Part shown: piece by piece, positions 22,039 to 31,569 of the stretch
Position numbering within the stretch: the stretch's first letter is position 1
Layout: the number at the start of each line of letters is the position of its first letter
Translations under genes and position numbers: made by a program
Notes under the pieces: generated by a model
The model's input: the letters and a program-made list of their open reading frames with translations, nothing else
The model's database searches: none
Told to the model about the DNA's origin: nothing
Source of the DNA: Bacteroidales bacterium UBA4772
GTDB lineage: Bacteria; Bacteroidota; Bacteroidia; Bacteroidales; VadinHA17
Direction of reading: 5' to 3'
Assembly (NCBI GenBank): GCA_002403305.1
Contig: DHHM01000016.1
Coordinates: 58,482-122,481 of the forward strand
DNA length: 64,000 nucleotides

Positions 22039-23097
22039 ATGAGGCATCCGGTACTGGAGAACAGAACAAGGTTACTGACCTGGTGGCTGGTCTGGCTGAC
22101 ACTTGCAGCCTGCCAGTCACTCCTCATTCATTATGCCTACGGCAGTACAATGAATGTGGCCCTGCTCGACGGAACTGTGTCGATGTTGCTATACGGCTTA
22201 CTTGGCCTGGCGATATGGTTTCCGGTGAGATACATCCTGAGAGATGACAGTGAAGCCTATACTGCAATCTTTAACATCGCCCTGACAGGGACGGCCACAA
22301 TCTTTGCATGGCTCTTCATCCCAAGGTTCCTGGTGAGGGCGATGGTGACCGAGAAGGTGGATTACATGATCTTCTGGCATTCGGTACTGGTCTTCAGGCT
22401 TACGGCCGGCATACTCATCTTTTTTGTGATCATCCTTGTCTACTATCTCTTTCTCAGCGCCGGCAGGCTGGCGGAAAAGGCGAAGCGGCAGGCACAACTG
22501 GAGGCGCAGGTACGCAACGGTGAGCTGATGATGCTGCGCGCACAGATAAACCCCCATTTCCTCTTCAACAGCCTCAACTCCGTCAGTTCGCTCACCGTTA
22601 CCGACCCCCTCAAGGCCAGGGAGATGATAGTCAAGCTCTCTGATTTCATGAGATACTCGCTCTCCTCCCGGAATGATCAGCCGGTTACGCTTCAGAATGA
22701 GCTGGAAAGCCTGAGGCTCTATCTGCAGATCGAGAAGGTTAGGTTCGGTGAACGGCTCATGATAGAGGAGGATATAAGTCCCGAATGCCTCACGGCAATT
22801 CTCCCTGGGATGCTTCTTCAGCCTCTCTATGAAAACGCCATCAAGCACGGGGTGTACGAGTCTACCGAAGAGATCATCATAAAGACCACAGCAAGGCTGG
22901 AGGATGATCTTGTAGTAATTACAATAACAAACAATATCGACAGGGAATCAGTTGTGACACGGAGGGGGGCAGGCATAGGACTGAAGAATGTCAGCAGCAG
23001 GCTGGAACTCTTCTTCGGAGAGAAGGCAGGACTGAAAATCAACCTCTCAGACGACATGTTTACTGCGGAGGTGAGGTTTCCCTGCCGGAAAACATGA
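22039..23097 (+). CDS. sensor histidine kinase, LytS/YehU type
   Basis: Multi-TM N-terminus, the INPHFLFNSLNSVSSL His_kinase motif, and a C-terminal GAGIGLKNV ATPase region. Confidence 0.88.
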   Translation: MRHPVLENRTRLLTWWLVWLTLAACQSLLIHYAYGSTMNVALLDGTVSMLLYGLLGLAIWFPVRYILRDDSEAYTAIFNIALTGTATIFAWLFIPRFLVRAMVTEKVDYMIFWHSVLVFRLTAGILIFFVIILVYYLFLSAGRLAEKAKRQAQLEAQVRNGELMMLRAQINPHFLFNSLNSVSSLTVTDPLKAREMIVKLSDFMRYSLSSRNDQPVTLQNELESLRLYLQIEKVRFGERLMIEEDISPECLTAILPGMLLQPLYENAIKHGVYESTEEIIIKTTARLEDDLVVITITNNIDRESVVTRRGAGIGLKNVSSRLELFFGEKAGLKINLSDDMFTAEVRFPCRKT

Positions 23098-23112
23098 AAA
23101 TATTTTTTCGAG

Positions 23113-23865
23113 ATGCAAAAAATAAGAGCACTTATCATTGAAGATGAAGCACCGGCACGCGAGCTGATAAAGTTTATGCTTAAAGATCATCCTGAGATAG
23201 AGATTGCGGGAGAGTGCGGCGACGGGTTCTGCGGGGCCAGGGAGATGAAGGAGAAACATCCTGACCTTATCTTCCTCGACATACAGATGCCCAAGCTGAC
23301 AGGCTTCGAGCTGCTGGAGGTTATCGATGAAAAGCCCGAGGTGATCTTCACAACTGCCTTCGACCAGTATGCCATCAGGGCCTTCGAACTCAATGCAGTC
23401 GATTACCTGCTCAAGCCATTCTCGAAGGAGCGCTTTGATGATGCGCTGGAAAAGGCCGTCAGCCGCCTAAACAAGCAGGAGAGGGAGACGGAGAAGATAG
23501 AGAAGCTCGTGACCGCCGTCTCTGAGAGCGAGGGTCAACTGACAAGGATAGTATTCAGGAAGGGTGCCGGGATAAAGATCATCCCGCTCAACAATGTCTC
23601 CCACCTTGCTGCGGAGGATGATTACGTGATGATATATCATACCGAAGGCAAGGCGCTGAAGCCCAAGACCATGAAGTATTACGAGGAGCATCTGCCACCG
23701 TCACTGTTCCTGAGAGTGCACCGTTCGTTCATGGTCAATGTGGAGTACATAACACGACTCGAACCCTACAGCAAGGATAACTACGTGGCCATACTCAAAT
23801 CGGGAGAAAAGATCCCGGTGAGCCGTGCCGGGTATAAGATGCTGAGGGAAAAACTTAACTTTTAA
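23113..23865 (+). CDS. LytTR-family DNA-binding response regulator
   Basis: REC domain (ALIIEDE...FLDIQMP...KP) plus a C-terminal LytTR-like domain (FLRVHRSFMVNVEYI). Confidence 0.92.
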   Translation: MQKIRALIIEDEAPARELIKFMLKDHPEIEIAGECGDGFCGAREMKEKHPDLIFLDIQMPKLTGFELLEVIDEKPEVIFTTAFDQYAIRAFELNAVDYLLKPFSKERFDDALEKAVSRLNKQERETEKIEKLVTAVSESEGQLTRIVFRKGAGIKIIPLNNVSHLAAEDDYVMIYHTEGKALKPKTMKYYEEHLPPSLFLRVHRSFMVNVEYITRLEPYSKDNYVAILKSGEKIPVSRAGYKMLREKLNF

Positions 23866-24176
23866 TCTCTCTCCTTCAGCCTGTTGCAACGGGGCGTCCT
23901 GCGGGTGAAACCACCGCCGGCACGATAACGTTTGAATATATAGCGGGGTACGGGGTCATAACCGTGGGTGCCGCCGGGCCTGCACCGCAGGATACGGTCA
24001 GCAGCAAGCAGCGTTCCTGCCAGCGGACCGTGCATGGTCAGGGCATCAATAGCATACTGCGAACAGGTAGGCACATGACGGCATGAGGAGGGAGTCCAGG
24101 GAGAGATTACCCACCTGTATATCCATACCGGTATAAGCAGTAAAAAAGAGAATATCTTTGCAGGTGTCTTTAACAT
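23862..24176 (-). CDS. yidD: membrane protein insertion efficiency factor YidD
   Basis: YRWVISPWTPSSCRHVPTCSQYAIDAL...HGYDPVP signature. Start at MLKTPAK (24176). Confidence 0.85.
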   Translation of the reverse strand: MLKTPAKIFSFLLLIPVWIYRWVISPWTPSSCRHVPTCSQYAIDALTMHGPLAGTLLAADRILRCRPGGTHGYDPVPRYIFKRYRAGGGFTRRTPRCNRLKERD

Positions 24177-24284
24177 CGCCCTCAAAGATAATCTGAATGG
24201 TCATGACAAAATGACCTCTTTTCAGAACTTATAGGGAATGGCAGATGTTTTGATAATAAATTGACGAATTAAACTGAAGGATAT

Positions 24285-24992
24285 ATGAGCGAGTCGATGT
24301 TTTTGCACAACGGGACCTACTGGATCATCTTTATAGTCTTCATGCTGCTGAGCTGGATAGTCAGCAACAGGCTCAAGTCGAAGTTCAGAAAATATTCCAG
24401 GATGCCGATAGGCAGCGGCCTGACCGGGCGCGACGTGGCTGAAAGGATGCTGCGCGACAGCGGTGTTACCGACGTCACCATACACAGCGTGCAGGGGGAA
24501 CTCTCTGACCATTACAATCCGCTGAAGAAGACCATCAACCTGAGTCGTGAGGTCTATTCCAATGCCAGCATTGCATCAGCTGCAGTGGCAGCTCACGAGA
24601 CCGGCCACGCACTGCAGCATGCGCAGTCATATGCCTGGCTGAATATGAGGTCGAAGCTTGCGCCGGCGGTGAGCTTTGCCTCCAACTGGATACAGTGGGT
24701 GCTCATTGCCGGATTGGTGCTTATCAACTCGCGACCTGAGATACTGCTGGTTGGCATCGGGCTGTTCGCCCTCACCACCATCTTCAGCCTCATCACCCTC
24801 CCTGTGGAGATTAACGCCTCAAAGCGTGCACTGGCATGGCTGTCCAACGCCGGGATCACCCAGCGCGAGACTCACGCCAGGGCTGAGGATGCCCTGAGAT
24901 GGGCGGCATATACATACGTCATCGCAGCCCTGGGGTCCCTGGCGACACTTATCTACTATATAATGATATTCATGGGAGTACGCGACAGGTAG
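24285..24992 (+). CDS. membrane zinc metallopeptidase (YugP-like, Zn_peptidase_2)
   Basis: AAHETGHALQH HExxH motif with flanking TM helices. 235 aa. Confidence 0.85.
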   Translation: MSESMFLHNGTYWIIFIVFMLLSWIVSNRLKSKFRKYSRMPIGSGLTGRDVAERMLRDSGVTDVTIHSVQGELSDHYNPLKKTINLSREVYSNASIASAAVAAHETGHALQHAQSYAWLNMRSKLAPAVSFASNWIQWVLIAGLVLINSRPEILLVGIGLFALTTIFSLITLPVEINASKRALAWLSNAGITQRETHARAEDALRWAAYTYVIAALGSLATLIYYIMIFMGVRDR

Positions 24993-25004
24993 ATCCCTCG
25001 CGGC

Positions 25005-25739
25005 CTATCTCCCGTCCACGTAGAGGAAGCTGGTACGCTTGACCAGGTATCTCACAACAGCCCAGAAGATGCCGGCTGCCACCAGCAGCGTAACGTACAG
25101 CGGCTCCATGTAAACCCTCCCTGTGACTGCAATATTGCGGACCGTATCGAGTATGGCAAAGACGATGAAGAGATTGGCCACGCTGTTGTGCTCGCGCTTG
25201 AGAACATTCCTGAAAGAGAATGGAAGTGCAGGCTTTTTGTAATGTTTCAGAGAGGGTATAACCGCTTTAACCCTGAAGGCCCAGATGTCATATGTCTCTC
25301 CGAACTTGCGGCGCAGATATTGCTCCTCGGCAAATATTATCCGTTCATAGTAGAGCCAGAAGGCCAGGATAAAAATAATGAGGCACCATACTGACCTCAG
25401 GAACATAACCGGTCCCAGCCACATCAGGAAGTTGCCGAGGTAAAGAGGGTTACGTACTATGGAATAGATGCCCGTTGTATTAAGTTCATCGGCCAGCTGG
25501 TCTATTACATTGCGCCCGGAGGTGTTGCGGGGTACATACCCCACTGTAAATGACCTGACCAGTTCACCTGCGACTGATACCAGGATGCAGATTATCTCCC
25601 AGGTGTAGTTGAAATAGATGACACTGCGGTTTGCTATGAAGAGCCAGATGATTGCCGGAACAAGAATCACCACCGGCAGCCAGCTCCTGCGTCTGAACAA
25701 CCAGTTACCTGATTTTTCAAGTTCATGGACAAGTGACAT
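25005..25739 (-). CDS. isoprenylcysteine carboxyl methyltransferase (ICMT/PEMT-like) family membrane methyltransferase
   Basis: Polytopic protein with SIVRNPLYLGNFLMWLG typical of the family. Start chosen at MSLVHELEK (25739) rather than 25880. Confidence 0.7.
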   Translation of the reverse strand: MSLVHELEKSGNWLFRRRSWLPVVILVPAIIWLFIANRSVIYFNYTWEIICILVSVAGELVRSFTVGYVPRNTSGRNVIDQLADELNTTGIYSIVRNPLYLGNFLMWLGPVMFLRSVWCLIIFILAFWLYYERIIFAEEQYLRRKFGETYDIWAFRVKAVIPSLKHYKKPALPFSFRNVLKREHNSVANLFIVFAILDTVRNIAVTGRVYMEPLYVTLLVAAGIFWAVVRYLVKRTSFLYVDGR

Positions 25740-25887
25740 ACTTACGGAGTTACTCCGTAAAAGTATGAAAAATTCATCATATAATAATTTACTCCATTTG
25801 TATGAAAGCCTGTCCCGGTTTATGGGAGAACCTCCATGTATCAGATTATTATTTACTTGTATTTGTGTGTGATAACACATGGAGGTT

Positions 25888-27117
25888 TCAGAAACTATAC
25901 CTGATCCTTAAGAAGCCAAGATTAAGCTTCGTCTCTGCGGAGGCCAGACGCATGTCAAAATGTTGCCAGAGTAATGAGAAATCGACATTCTCAGCCAGTG
26001 AAACATCCACTGAAGGGCCGGCGTACCATCCATCCATGTCAGGGTACCACATGGCTGAAAGTGATATACTGAGAAGGGGCATCGGCGCCCATGTCACCTG
26101 TCCTACGGCGCTGAATTCCGAGAAGGCAAGGTCTCTGGCCGTCAGGCCCCCCTTATAAAGCACGGTGAAACTGTCGAGTGATAGCGGGCGGTTTGAGTAC
26201 ATCAGCTGCACAATGGCGGTCAGCCTGTCAGAGAAGACCCTGTCAACGCCGGCGGTGGCAATCACGGTGCTCCCTTCATGCTCTGATCCGTCAAAAGGGG
26301 AAAAGAGTGTTGCCTCACCCCTGACGGAAAAGGGCCCGACGGCTCCTGACCATCCGGTGCCGGCGGTGAATAACTCCTCATCGGTCTCTCCGGCAAGAAA
26401 CTGGAGGTCGGTGTTCAGCAGGCTGAAGCGGAAGAGAGCTGCGGCGGTGAACCGGCCCTGGCTGTTGATCTTGACGGCAGCCTCGGCAGCTGACGATGGG
26501 CCGGTGGAATATACCAGCCTGACGGCGTCACTGCCCGGACGCTCAACATAGTCGAAATCAAAAAATGAGTAGGTGTTGAAGATGTCATTGGGGTTCCATA
26601 CCAGCGACTGGCTCCAGTTGATGCGCTGGCGGCCGGCGGTGATCTGCAGCCTGCCCAGCGTGAAGTCAGCGTATGCCCTGTCGATCATCGAATTCAGGAC
26701 ATAGGAGTTGCCGTCGGATATGTTCCATGAAAGGTCAATCCATCCGTCGTCGGTTGCCAGTCCTGACACATAACCGGGATCGAGCGCAATCATGTCGCCG
26801 GTGACAAACCTGTTCCTGATCTCTAAAGCAAAAGTGAACCTACTTCCTGCCCAGGCTTTGAAGTTTAGCCTGTTATGAAGCATGCTGCTGTTGATCCAGG
26901 TTTCTGCAGGCTTTTCGAACATGGCAGTATGGAGCCATGAGGCATACCCCCCGGCAGTGAGGCTGACCATCTTCTCTTTCTCTTCCGGAGGATCCGTGAT
27001 GACGCCGTTCATCTTCAGCGTATCACTCTTAGCAACGCCGGGGTCGATGCCGGTAAGGGCGACAGACTGCAGCATTGCGGCAAACATCATAACTGCCGGA
27101 AGGAGTGTTCGCATCAT
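25888..27117 (-). CDS. predicted outer-membrane beta-barrel protein, last gene of the ABC/LolA_like cluster
   Basis: Signal peptide MMRTLLPAVMMFAAMLQSVA. Alternating beta-strand pattern. C-terminal ...LGFLRIRYSF with a terminal aromatic residue. 4-nt overlap with the ATPase gene. Confidence 0.6.
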   Translation of the reverse strand: MMRTLLPAVMMFAAMLQSVALTGIDPGVAKSDTLKMNGVITDPPEEKEKMVSLTAGGYASWLHTAMFEKPAETWINSSMLHNRLNFKAWAGSRFTFALEIRNRFVTGDMIALDPGYVSGLATDDGWIDLSWNISDGNSYVLNSMIDRAYADFTLGRLQITAGRQRINWSQSLVWNPNDIFNTYSFFDFDYVERPGSDAVRLVYSTGPSSAAEAAVKINSQGRFTAAALFRFSLLNTDLQFLAGETDEELFTAGTGWSGAVGPFSVRGEATLFSPFDGSEHEGSTVIATAGVDRVFSDRLTAIVQLMYSNRPLSLDSFTVLYKGGLTARDLAFSEFSAVGQVTWAPMPLLSISLSAMWYPDMDGWYAGPSVDVSLAENVDFSLLWQHFDMRLASAETKLNLGFLRIRYSF

Positions 27118-27809
27118 GAAGTATGATTTGTTCTTTCGTCTGACACAACCTTCCCGTCCTCAAGGGTGATGACCCTGCGGGCCCTCTTCACAACCCGTGC
27201 ATCATGTGTCGAGAAGATAAAAGTCATCTCCTCCCCGCGGTTCAGCTTCTCCATGATGTCAAGAAGGGTCTCGGCCGATTTGGTGTCGAGGTTGGCTGTG
27301 GGCTCGTCGGCCAGGATAAACTGTGGCCGCGGCGCCAGGGCGCGGGCCACGGCAACCCTCTGCTGCTGTCCGCCTGAGAGCTGCGCAGGACGACTGCTGT
27401 GGCGGTCAGAGAGGCCTACGGCTTCCAGCAGCTCCCCGGTGCGTGCCATCCGCTTCTCCTTCGGCCATTTCTGGAGGCTCATGATAAACCCCACATTCTC
27501 TGAAGCCGTGAGAACGGGGATGAGATTGTACGACTGGAAGACGAAGCCCACATGCTCCATACGGAAATCTATCAGCTCCGAGGGCTTCAGTTCCGAGAGC
27601 CTGTGGCCCGCCACGATGATCTCCCCGGCGGTAGGCTGGTCAAGCCCCCCGATGAGGTTCAGGAGGGTGGTCTTGCCTGAGCCCGACGGACCCACTATCA
27701 CTGCAAAATCGCCCTTTTCAAAACTGAGCGTGACGCCGTTGACGGCCTTCACCTCAACTTCTGTATCATGATAGGTCTTGAAGACATCATTGATTTCAAC
27801 TACTTTCAT
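27114..27809 (-). CDS. ABC transporter ATP-binding protein (LolD/MacB-type)
   Basis: Walker A GPSGSGKTT, signature LSGGQQQRVAVARAL, Walker B ILADEPT. Confidence 0.93.
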   Translation of the reverse strand: MKVVEINDVFKTYHDTEVEVKAVNGVTLSFEKGDFAVIVGPSGSGKTTLLNLIGGLDQPTAGEIIVAGHRLSELKPSELIDFRMEHVGFVFQSYNLIPVLTASENVGFIMSLQKWPKEKRMARTGELLEAVGLSDRHSSRPAQLSGGQQQRVAVARALAPRPQFILADEPTANLDTKSAETLLDIMEKLNRGEEMTFIFSTHDARVVKRARRVITLEDGKVVSDERTNHTS

Positions 27810-27827
27810 TGTATTGCGTTTTTCTGG

Positions 27828-29255
27828 TTATTCTCCTCTTAATGCTTCAACAGGGTTTAGCTGCAACGCTTTCCTGGCGGGATAGATGGCTGCAACGATC
27901 CCGGTGATCACGATCATTACAGTCAGCATGATAAAGAAATCAGCCCCGATGGTGGGATAGAGATGGGCTGAGTATCCGAATGCCTCAAGGCCCTCCGAGT
28001 ACTTCACCAGGTTGATGCCGGTATGATTGGTAATGGCTATCACAATGGCACTTACTGCCATTCCCGCAAAACCTCCGACTATCGAAAGGAATATAGATTC
28101 AAGCATGATCATGCTGAATACACGGCGACGGTTCATGCCTATGGCTGAGAGCATGCCCAGCTCACGTGTGCGTTCCAGCACCGCCATCAGCATGGTGTTT
28201 ACTATTCCGAAGGCCAGGGCTGCCAGGATTAGCACCATGAAGATGCCATATATCTGGTTTACGTAATCGGCTATCATGGCCAGGTCAGTCTGTATCTGCT
28301 TCCAGCTCATCACCTCCAGTCCGGGGAGCGCTTCCTTTACGGATGCGCTGGCTTTGTCAGTCAGGTCATCATCCTCCAGGCGTGCAATGATGCGGTGGTA
28401 CTGCCCCTCTTCCATCCCTGTGAGGCGGAGCAGTTCATCATGCGGCACAAATACCGAAAAGGCCTCGAAAAAGTCGTTGTTCGTGCGGAAGATGCCGCTG
28501 ATACGGAAGGCAGCCCCTGTCTGTGTGCCGTTTGCATCAAGGAAGGTGAGGATGACCTTTGATCCCTCTCGGTATGACCAGGCTGCCTCCTTGATCCTCA
28601 TCCCGTACAGCTTCCCCTCCTTCTCCGTGAGCAATCCGGAACAGGCCTCCGACAGTTTCTTTTCCGCGGTGAACCTCTGGTTTTCGAGGGGTCTGAGTTT
28701 CTCAACAACGGCTGCAGGAACATCCTCAGCTTCAAGGGCGGTAAAGGATTCTTCCGTGAGGATATACCGGATTATGTAGAGCTCTTTTGCCAGCTTCTCG
28801 CCGATGAAGGCGCTGTTGAGCCTGGTGTCGGTTCCAAAGTAGCTCCCCGTTCCGGGTATGAGACGTTCCTTAAGGGTAAACATCTGCTGCTCCTTTTCAA
28901 CGTCTATGCCCGTGATCTCCACGCCCGCGCTCCCGGCGGAGGTTGAGGCTATGCCCCGTACAATTATCCGTTCGGTGATATGAGTCACTCCGGGTGTCTC
29001 TTCGAGCACCGATACAACCTTTTCAGGCTCGGCTATCACATTGGCTATGTCACTGCTGCCCCTGAATCCGGGGTTGTTTACCTGGATATGAGACAGCTCC
29101 TCGTTGACAGCGGCATCAATGCGCTGAACAATAGAGCTGTTGATGGCAGCCATGGCAAAGACGCCCGCAAAGACGCCCACGGTCACGGCAGCTATCACGG
29201 TCAGGCTCCTGGTCCTGTTCCGCCAGACATTCTTCCATGCAATGGATGTTATCAT
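27828..29255 (-). CDS. FtsX/MacB-type ABC permease (4 TM with a large periplasmic domain)
   Basis: N-terminal WKNVWRNRTRSLTVIAAV TM1, a ~270-aa extracytoplasmic insert, and three C-terminal TM helices of an FtsX domain. Confidence 0.88.
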   Translation of the reverse strand: MITSIAWKNVWRNRTRSLTVIAAVTVGVFAGVFAMAAINSSIVQRIDAAVNEELSHIQVNNPGFRGSSDIANVIAEPEKVVSVLEETPGVTHITERIIVRGIASTSAGSAGVEITGIDVEKEQQMFTLKERLIPGTGSYFGTDTRLNSAFIGEKLAKELYIIRYILTEESFTALEAEDVPAAVVEKLRPLENQRFTAEKKLSEACSGLLTEKEGKLYGMRIKEAAWSYREGSKVILTFLDANGTQTGAAFRISGIFRTNNDFFEAFSVFVPHDELLRLTGMEEGQYHRIIARLEDDDLTDKASASVKEALPGLEVMSWKQIQTDLAMIADYVNQIYGIFMVLILAALAFGIVNTMLMAVLERTRELGMLSAIGMNRRRVFSMIMLESIFLSIVGGFAGMAVSAIVIAITNHTGINLVKYSEGLEAFGYSAHLYPTIGADFFIMLTVMIVITGIVAAIYPARKALQLNPVEALRGE

Positions 29256-29267
29256 TTTAGTCTTCTG

Positions 29268-30683
29268 TTAGGCTCTGATAGCATTTATTATGTTCAATTT
29301 GAATATCCTCCGCACACTGAATGTGATGGCTATGAGCAGTATCAGCAGCACAATCGCTGCCTGCCACAGGTAGTAGGTGTCCGGGAGATGCATGGGCATC
29401 ACCGCTTCAAAGCCGTACTCCTCGTACATCTTTGCCAGCTCCCCGGTGAAGCGCAGGGGCCTTGCATAGCCATAGTAGACAATGGGCAGTGATGCTGCAA
29501 TACCTGCCAACACACCCAGCAATCCGATGAACAGCATCTCCATGCTTACTATGCCGGCCAGCTTACGCTTCTGCATCCCTATAGAGACCAGCATGCCGAA
29601 CTCCCTCCTCCGTTCAGCCATCATCATAAGTACTGTACCGGATACGCCAAAGGCTATCACCAGGTAAAGGATGCCTATCATGATTGCCCCGCTCTTGTTG
29701 TCAGCCTCCATCTGGTTCAGCAGGAGGGCATTCATCTCCTTCCAGTTGCGTATTACCAGCCCGTCATTGCAGGAGGCGGACAGCCGCTGTTGCGTTTGCA
29801 GAAGCTCCCTGTCATCTGTATCGCTTATACTTATTATGGCCGAGGTGACCATTTCGGGTGCAGCATAGAGATACTGTGCATCTGCCAGGGTGATGTAAAC
29901 AAATGCATTGTCAATCTCGGGGTTTGGCATGCTCACTATACCCTTTATCACGAAGAGTCCGGCTGCGGATACCCCGTGATAGCCCTGTCCCATCACCACC
30001 AGGGTGTCTCCAACGTCTGCGCTGAGATAACGCGACAGTCCGTATCCTATAACCGCCCGGCCGGAATCTGCCGAAGTGAGGTAACGGTTGTCGAGTGATG
30101 CATACTTCCTGAAGAGAGGCATCACTGCTGCTGAATCATCATCGCCTATGCCGAGGTCAGAGATGAGGCTCTTTTCATCGGTCCAGGCCTCACCGGAAAA
30201 TACATCGACCAGCTTAGCGGTGCGGGACGGCAGGTTTTCTCCTTTAAGAGCTTCGGTTGCATCAGGAGTAAGGCGGTATTTTATGAGACGGTTCTTTATG
30301 TTCAGCGTCTTCTGCTCATTGTCGGGATCCATGCCGATCACCATCACACCCCGGGTGCGACTCCCGGCAGCTGCCAGCGCGAACGATTCCAGCTTTGGAA
30401 TAACCCCCGTTACATTGGGGTCTGCCTCTATTATGTCAGTCAGCGACTGCTCAGGAACAAACCCGTTGTCAAGATTTGATTCATCAAGGTAGTCACTGTG
30501 CTGAAGCTGCAGGTAACCGGAGTATGATTCGATGACATCCCTGTACATCTTTTCGTATGTACCCAGCTGAAACGACCTCATCACCAGTGCAAAGAAGACT
30601 GCAAAGAATACCGAGGCTGCCGTTATGAGGGTCCTCCTTTTGTTTCGCCATAGATTTCTCCAGGCAAGCTGATAGTTCTTCAT
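29268..30683 (-). CDS. FtsX/MacB-type ABC permease, paralogue of the preceding gene
   Basis: WRNLWRNKRRTLITAASV TM1, a large periplasmic insert, and a C-terminal FtsX domain. Preceded by cassette copy B. Confidence 0.88.
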   Translation of the reverse strand: MKNYQLAWRNLWRNKRRTLITAASVFFAVFFALVMRSFQLGTYEKMYRDVIESYSGYLQLQHSDYLDESNLDNGFVPEQSLTDIIEADPNVTGVIPKLESFALAAAGSRTRGVMVIGMDPDNEQKTLNIKNRLIKYRLTPDATEALKGENLPSRTAKLVDVFSGEAWTDEKSLISDLGIGDDDSAAVMPLFRKYASLDNRYLTSADSGRAVIGYGLSRYLSADVGDTLVVMGQGYHGVSAAGLFVIKGIVSMPNPEIDNAFVYITLADAQYLYAAPEMVTSAIISISDTDDRELLQTQQRLSASCNDGLVIRNWKEMNALLLNQMEADNKSGAIMIGILYLVIAFGVSGTVLMMMAERRREFGMLVSIGMQKRKLAGIVSMEMLFIGLLGVLAGIAASLPIVYYGYARPLRFTGELAKMYEEYGFEAVMPMHLPDTYYLWQAAIVLLILLIAITFSVRRIFKLNIINAIRA

Positions 30684-30776
30684 TCGATTATCTTATTATT
30701 TCATTGGTCGAAAGAAACTTACATGTAGTAAAAACAATCATGTCCAATTGTGAGTTTCTGTCCATGTAAGTTTCAT
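30684..30776 (-). repeat. palindromic cassette copy B (93 nt), intercistronic
   Basis: Minus-strand reading: ATGAAACTTACATGGACAGAAACTCACAATTGGACATGATTGTTTTTACTACATGTAAGTTTCTTTCGACCAATGAAATAATAAGATAATCGA, then ATG at 30683. Confidence 0.88.
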
Positions 30777-30798
30777 GCCAGTGGATATTTGATGGACA

Positions 30799-31569
30799 CT
30801 ATCTGATGGTCTTCATATTCTGCTGTGAGAAGAAGCTCTCCTCAATCTTTACATTGAATTTTACCTCTGTTATATTAAGGATGGTCTTGCGGCCCGGCTC
30901 CTCGGCGGGGATCAGTTCAATGGTGGTGGGTATAAACCTTCCGTCCATTGTCCTGAGATCACTGCCCCGCTCCGTTCTGACCAGGTAGCCGTCCTCATCA
31001 TAGAGCTCGGCTTTCAGGACAATAAACTCATTTTTATCAACCCACCACAGCTGGTGACTCCAGAGAACGTCGGCATCATCCTTTGCCGTCAGCCTGATCT
31101 TGTGGCACATGCGGCCGTCGATCTCCTCCTCTCCCTCGAAAGTGTGGGTGTAGTCTTCCACCACGGAGGACTCCCTGAGGATATCATCATTGGTGTAGTC
31201 TGACCCCATCCAGCCCTGCGACATCATTGAGGGCGGCAGCTTGATAAGCCTGTTGATGGCGGGATTCCAGCTCCACATCTCCGTGCCCCGTTTGAGAAAT
31301 GTCTGTCCCTTTTCGCGCGCCGGCGCGGTGATTAGCGTGAGGGCATAGTCATCTTCCAGGGCCCACGATTTGAATTCTATTGTGCGCTGCCATGAGGAGC
31401 GCACGATGGTCATGCTCATGACGCTGTAGCCCGAGAGCTCACCGTTGAATTTCTCGTCTGTTTTTTTGATTATTTCTTTGGCGCTCAGCTGCTGCGCGGT
31501 GGCCGGCCCGCTTGCCGGCAGCAGGAGGAGCATTGCGATGCCTGTGATTATCTGACCTGTTAGTTTCAT
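30799..31569 (-). CDS. LolA_like periplasmic protein (outer membrane lipoprotein-sorting protein family)
   Basis: Signal peptide MKLTGQIITGIAMLLLLPASGPATAQ. IKLPPSMMSQGWMGSDYTNDDILRESS matches my recollection of the LolA_like family. Confidence 0.8.
   Translation of the reverse strand: MKLTGQIITGIAMLLLLPASGPATAQQLSAKEIIKKTDEKFNGELSGYSVMSMTIVRSSWQRTIEFKSWALEDDYALTLITAPAREKGQTFLKRGTEMWSWNPAINRLIKLPPSMMSQGWMGSDYTNDDILRESSVVEDYTHTFEGEEEIDGRMCHKIRLTAKDDADVLWSHQLWWVDKNEFIVLKAELYDEDGYLVRTERGSDLRTMDGRFIPTTIELIPAEEPGRKTILNITEVKFNVKIEESFFSQQNMKTIR

Noticed and set aside
30760-30780. Sigma-54-like motif TGGCAT-GAAAC-TTACA at the head of copy B, and TTGCAT in other copies
   Set aside because: Only copy B has the GG of the -24 element. 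The other copies read CAAAT, CCAGT or AAGTA at that position. The TGGCAC-like starts of the 42485 array have the GC element 1-3 nt out of register.
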